Assembly: GCA_963675295.2 (NCBI GenBank)
Contig: CAXXKJ010000002.1
Location: forward strand, 672,001-736,000
Length of the DNA: 64,000 bases
Direction of reading: 5' to 3'
Source of the DNA: a bacterium
GTDB taxonomy: Bacteria > Electryoneota > Electryoneia > Electryoneales > Electryoneaceae
This document shows positions 59,895 to 64,000 of the stretch, in pieces. The notes below the pieces were generated by a model. It saw nothing but the letters and a program-made list of their open reading frames with translations. It did no database searches and was not told the DNA's origin. The position numbers and the translations under genes are program-made. Every line of letters begins with the position of its first letter. Position 1 is the first letter of the stretch.

Positions 59895-62351
59895 ATGAAA
59901 TGCACATGGTGCGTCGTGTTGAGTCTCTTGTTGTTGTGTGGGACGGTACTCGCGCAGCCGGCACCGCATGGCTTGCGAGCAGACGTGAACCGGCTTGATG
60001 GCACGGTTGAACTGGGGTGGTATGCGTACAACCAGAGCGTATTAACGTACCACGACAACTCTCTCGAAACCGGTTGGTCGAACAACGGTGTCGCCGATCG
60101 TGTCTGGGCTCAGAAGTTGATTCCGGATGATACGGTGACGCTCAACGAGATCCACGTGTATGTGTTCGAAGCGTGGAGTGGGTCGAACTGGGTCCCGATG
60201 AACGACGTGCAGCTGCGCGTCTTCGACAGCAGCGGCGGGGACACACCGGGCGATCTGCTGTACACCTCGGCGGCGGACAGTCCGGACATGTCCGGGTGGG
60301 TTTCGGTGGACGTTTCCGGTGAAAGTCTGAGCTTCAGCGGCGAGTTCTGGGTCGGGGTTTCGTTCACAGTTTCCGGCGGCCCGTTTGTTGGTTTTGACGA
60401 GTCCAATCCGCAGACCGGCGTGTTGTATGCTGCCGATCCGCCGTATACCAACTGGAGTTCACTCGATTACTTCGGCGGCAACGTGGCGCTGCAGGTGTTG
60501 GTCGAGTCGGATGCGGCGGTTGCGTTGTTGACTCCGGCGGGTCCGTCCGAGATAACTCCGGCGAATCCAGCGCTGGCGCGGCGTGTGCCGGGTGATGCGT
60601 GGACTGGTGGCGAGATGTCGCTGGCACCGATCATGGCTTCAACCTCCAGCGAGCTGGATGAGTTCATCGAATACAAGGTCTATCGTGACGGTTCGGAAGT
60701 CGCTTCGGTGACAGACAACCATTACACCGACACGCTGAACGAGAAGGGTTCGGTCAGCTACGAAGTCACGGCCGTGCACAGCGACGGCGAGTCTAACCCG
60801 ACGAATGAGGTCGACGCGTACTGGTCGGGCCAGGTCGCGCCGCCGTTAAACGTACAGGCGGACACCGATCTGAGCACCGGCGACGTGACGTTGACGTGGG
60901 ACTCGTATGACTGGGGCACGCCGGACGAAACGTTGGCCTACTACCAGGCCCCGGGTGATGGGAACTATTACTGGGTTGGAGCGACGTTCTGTACAATGTT
61001 CCAACCGGCCGGTCCGGTGCGTTTGCTTTCGGCCCGTTTCTACCTGATGGGCGCGAGTGAATTTGGTGTTCAGATCTTCGACTTTGACGGCGATTGGCCG
61101 GACGAACTGTTGTACGAATACGACGGTCCGCAACATGATCCGGGCTGGGTCACGATTGACCTGTGCGATCAGGATCTGTTCTTCGAGGAACCGTTCGTGC
61201 TTGGTTTCCATGACCTCGATGGATCGAACTCGATTGGGTACAACGAAGACGACAACAACGTCAACTTCTCGCGCCGTCCGGACGGAAGCTGGGGCAATTT
61301 CAACGGCGAATTGCAGTTCTTCATTGAAGCCGTGGTTGAGTTTCCGGACGGAAATGTCGGCGTCATCGGTGGCGACGGCGAGTTGGACGACCTCACTGGT
61401 TTTGACATCTACCGCAACGGGTCATTGCTGACCAGTGTCGGGGCGGGTGTGAACAGCTACGTCGACGCATTGCCGGAAGAAGGGTTGTACAACTACTACG
61501 TGGTCGCGAACTACGACGAGGGTTCGGCGACGAGCAGGACCGTGTCCACCGTCTGGCAGCAGAACCTGTTGCCGAACGGCGATTTTGAGGCGTGGACCGG
61601 TGGTGAGCCGGACGCGTGGAACGTCGATATTGGCAACAACGCGACCATTCACGAGGAAACGTCGCTCGTGCAGCACGGGTCCAGTGCAGTCCGACTCGAG
61701 CTGGTCAGTGAAACGACCAAGAAGCTGAAGCAGGAAGTTCCGGCGGACGTCGGAGATGAATTCACCTTCCAGGCGTGGGTGTACGACGATGACGAACAGG
61801 GCCAGATGCAGATCAGCATCCTGTTCCGCGATGAGAACGGCGAAGGTGCGCAGGGCGAACAGGAAGGCGTTGACCAGTTTACCAGCGCCCCGACCGGCAA
61901 TCACAGTTCGTGGCAGCAGTTCAGCGTGACCGGTGTTGCGCCGGAGAACACGGTGGATGTGCGTGTCTACCTGCGTTTCATGGGCAGCAACGACTGGGTG
62001 GACGGCGCGACGCTGTATGTCGACAACGCCGCCCTGTTCGGTCCGAGCACCAGCGCGGTGACGGAGACGGCGGTCGAGCTGCCGTCGGGTACCGAAATCG
62101 CCGGTGTATATCCGAACCCGTTCAACCCGGAAACTCGTGCGCAGATCACGTTGCAGCAGCCCGGCATGACGAAGGTGGTGCTGTACAACGTGCTCGGCGA
62201 ACAGGTGGCGCTGTTGCAGGATGGTATGCTGACGGCGGGCCGGCACACGTTGCTGGTTGACGGCCGGTCGTTGAGCGCGGGGATGTACTTCCTGCAACTG
62301 CAGGTGGACGGTAAGTCGCGTGACATCGAACGCGTGCTGCTGCTGAAGTGA
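59895..62351 (+). CDS. T9SS cargo: two split-FnIII modules with inserted beta-sandwich domains, CBM4/9-like domain, CTD
   Basis: Signal peptide; 'EYKVYRDG' and 'GFDIYRNG' FnIII halves; 'NLLPNGDFE.W' CBM-like start; 'YPNPFNP...AGMYFLQL...RVLLLK'. Confidence 0.85.
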   Translation: MKCTWCVVLSLLLLCGTVLAQPAPHGLRADVNRLDGTVELGWYAYNQSVLTYHDNSLETGWSNNGVADRVWAQKLIPDDTVTLNEIHVYVFEAWSGSNWVPMNDVQLRVFDSSGGDTPGDLLYTSAADSPDMSGWVSVDVSGESLSFSGEFWVGVSFTVSGGPFVGFDESNPQTGVLYAADPPYTNWSSLDYFGGNVALQVLVESDAAVALLTPAGPSEITPANPALARRVPGDAWTGGEMSLAPIMASTSSELDEFIEYKVYRDGSEVASVTDNHYTDTLNEKGSVSYEVTAVHSDGESNPTNEVDAYWSGQVAPPLNVQADTDLSTGDVTLTWDSYDWGTPDETLAYYQAPGDGNYYWVGATFCTMFQPAGPVRLLSARFYLMGASEFGVQIFDFDGDWPDELLYEYDGPQHDPGWVTIDLCDQDLFFEEPFVLGFHDLDGSNSIGYNEDDNNVNFSRRPDGSWGNFNGELQFFIEAVVEFPDGNVGVIGGDGELDDLTGFDIYRNGSLLTSVGAGVNSYVDALPEEGLYNYYVVANYDEGSATSRTVSTVWQQNLLPNGDFEAWTGGEPDAWNVDIGNNATIHEETSLVQHGSSAVRLELVSETTKKLKQEVPADVGDEFTFQAWVYDDDEQGQMQISILFRDENGEGAQGEQEGVDQFTSAPTGNHSSWQQFSVTGVAPENTVDVRVYLRFMGSNDWVDGATLYVDNAALFGPSTSAVTETAVELPSGTEIAGVYPNPFNPETRAQITLQQPGMTKVVLYNVLGEQVALLQDGMLTAGRHTLLVDGRSLSAGMYFLQLQVDGKSRDIERVLLLK

Positions 62352-62360
62352 CGACGGATC

Positions 62361-62607
62361 GTGATGAGCTGTGAGTGAGAGTGGTGAGTTACAAAGCCGC
62401 GTCGGAATTCGACGTGGCTTTTTCAAAGAGTCGGCAGAACCAGGCATGTTACTACCGGGGACACTTACTCCCGCAAGTGACCCCGATGTTGTTTCTTACC
62501 ACGGACTTCAGTCCGTGGTACAAAGTAGCCCGGCATCGGGGATACCGGGCTGCTGGTTTTAATCAGTTCAGGGTTTACTCACAGCTCATAGCTCACGACT
62601 CAGAGCT
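62361..62607. repeat. Composite element: TGAG array, three palindromes, CTCA array
   Basis: tgagctg tgagtga gagtggtgag; CGGGGACACTT...AAGTGACCCCG (62456); TACCACGGACTTCAGTCCGTGGTA (62497); GTAGCCCGG...CCGGGCTGC (62525); ctcacag ctcatag ctcacga ctcagag. Confidence 0.85.
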
Positions 62608-62612
62608 GCCGT

Positions 62613-64000
62613 TCAGCACCCGCAGCTTCCACCGCCGCAGCCGCAGTCGCCGTCGTCGCAGCCACCGTCGCCACATCCGCCACCGCCGCAGCCGCAGCTT
62701 CCACCACCGGAACGGGGCAGGGCCGCGCGTCCGGCGACGATGTCCGTGGCGAGGCCGAGTCGTTCGACGACATCGCCCGCGACAATTCCGCTGCTGCCGA
62801 GTTCATCGGCGGCGAGGTTGCCTGCGAGGCCGTGGATGGTTGTCCCGGCGATCGCGGCGTCCCGCGCGTTCAGTCCCTGCGCGAGCAAGCCGGCGATGGT
62901 GCCGGTGAGCACGTCGCCCATCCCGGCGGAGGCCATCCCCGGGTTTCCGGCGAGGATGCAGTAGGCCGGGCCGGACGGTCCGGCAACGAGGGTCGGCACG
63001 CCCTTGAGCAGGATCGTGCAGCCCCATTCGCGCGCGTACTTCTTGACCGTCTCGACACGGTTCGACTCGATCTCATCGATGCTGAGGCCGGTGAGGCGTG
63101 CGAATTCGCCGACATGCGGCGTGAGCACGACATTTTCGCCCAACTTGCCGAGCAGCTCCCTGCGTTCGGCGAGGGCGTTGAGGCCGTCGGCGTCGATTAC
63201 CGTCGGCAACGGCAGGTCCTGGGCGTGTTCGGCGAACCAGGCGACGGTTTCCGGATTCATGGTGAGGCCGGGGCCGATGACTTCGACGTCCGCCCAGGTG
63301 CGGGCACCGTCGATGGTGGTCTCGGCGGCTTCGGAAATCGTGCCGTGGCCCGATTCTTCGACCGGAATGGTCATGATTTCGGCGTGTCCACCGCCGGCGA
63401 GGATCGCCTGTGCCGATTTCGCGGTGGCGACCTTGACCATGCCCGCGCCGGAACGGAGGACTGAGCGTCCCGCCAGCTCCGCCGCGCCGGTCATGCCGAC
63501 CGATCCGGCGACGACCAGCACCTTGCCGAAGTCGCCCTTGTGGGCGCCCATCGGACGCACCGGCATCATTTCGTAAACATCGCCCGGCTCGATGAAGAAC
63601 AGCGGGATGTCCATCTCATGCACGAATTGCGGCGGGATCTGGATGTCGACGCGCGAGATACGTCCGGAATGGTCAATGCCCGGCGGGATCAGGTGGCCGA
63701 CCTTGATTTCGCCGAAGGTGGCGGTGACATCGGCCATCACGGCCGCGCCTTCCGTCGCGCCGGTGGAGCCGTTGACGCCGGACGGAATATCCACCGCGAC
63801 AACCGGCGTGCCAGACTTGTTGATCGCCTCGATGGCGTCCGCGATGATGCCGCGCGGGGCACCGTTCATGCCGGTGCCGAGCAGAGCGTCGATGATGATG
63901 TGCGCGTGCGGCAGGCGCGAGAGCTGGCGCTGTTCCTCGATGACGGTGATCGCGCCGCCCAGTTTCTGGTAAATGTCCATGTTGGTCTTCGCGTCGCCGG
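62613..64000 (-). CDS. nnr: Bifunctional NAD(P)H-hydrate epimerase/dehydratase (5' truncated) with Cys/Gly-rich tail
   Basis: YjeF_N 'IIDALLGTG','AVDIPSG'; YjeF_C 'HKGDFGKVLVVAGS..MTGAA', 'VIDADGLN', 'LTPHVGEF', 'GNPGMASAGMGDVLTG'. Confidence 0.96.
   Translation of the reverse strand, partial: GDAKTNMDIYQKLGGAITVIEEQRQLSRLPHAHIIIDALLGTGMNGAPRGIIADAIEAINKSGTPVVAVDIPSGVNGSTGATEGAAVMADVTATFGEIKVGHLIPPGIDHSGRISRVDIQIPPQFVHEMDIPLFFIEPGDVYEMMPVRPMGAHKGDFGKVLVVAGSVGMTGAAELAGRSVLRSGAGMVKVATAKSAQAILAGGGHAEIMTIPVEESGHGTISEAAETTIDGARTWADVEVIGPGLTMNPETVAWFAEHAQDLPLPTVIDADGLNALAERRELLGKLGENVVLTPHVGEFARLTGLSIDEIESNRVETVKKYAREWGCTILLKGVPTLVAGPSGPAYCILAGNPGMASAGMGDVLTGTIAGLLAQGLNARDAAIAGTTIHGLAGNLAADELGSSGIVAGDVVERLGLATDIVAGRAALPRSGGGSCGCGGGGCGDGGCDDGDCGCGGGSCGC

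Noticed and set aside
62613-62615. TGA after the Cys-rich Nnr tail read as selenocysteine
   Set aside because: Downstream sequence is heptamer repeat DNA with no evident SECIS hairpin or coding continuation

Overview
GC-rich bacterial chromosomal segment, inferred to be from an FCB-group lineage (Electryoneota-like or related) because eight genes carry type IX secretion (T9SS) type-A C-terminal sorting domains. Housekeeping genes: dnaX-ybaB-recR, acpS, CCA-adding enzyme, miaA, pfkA, lepA-lepB plus a second lepB, and a partial nnr. Also present: two tandem chemoreceptors, an orphan cheW, copA/copZ, a TonB-dependent receptor, an Omp85 protein, a K+ channel, an ABC-F ATPase, a P-loop protein-MscS pair next to aqpZ, and a PsrA/PsrB-like pair. 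No rRNA, tRNA, CRISPR array, transposase or reverse transcriptase was recognised. Most notable observations: (1) secreted proteins with gingipain-style split FnIII modules whose linkers end in a caspase-like x-E-[LT]-D motif, suggesting Asp-specific processing; (2) a composite intergenic element in which oppositely oriented heptamer arrays flank RTGCC...GGCAY hairpin doublets; (3) a T9 tract frameshifting the signal peptide of an FG-GAP cargo gene; (4) AT-rich passenger segments fused to GC-rich conserved ends; (5) a PsrA-like protein lacking the Mo-ligand Cys; (6) an 8-Cys tail on Nnr. All calls are from manual reading; no database searches were run.
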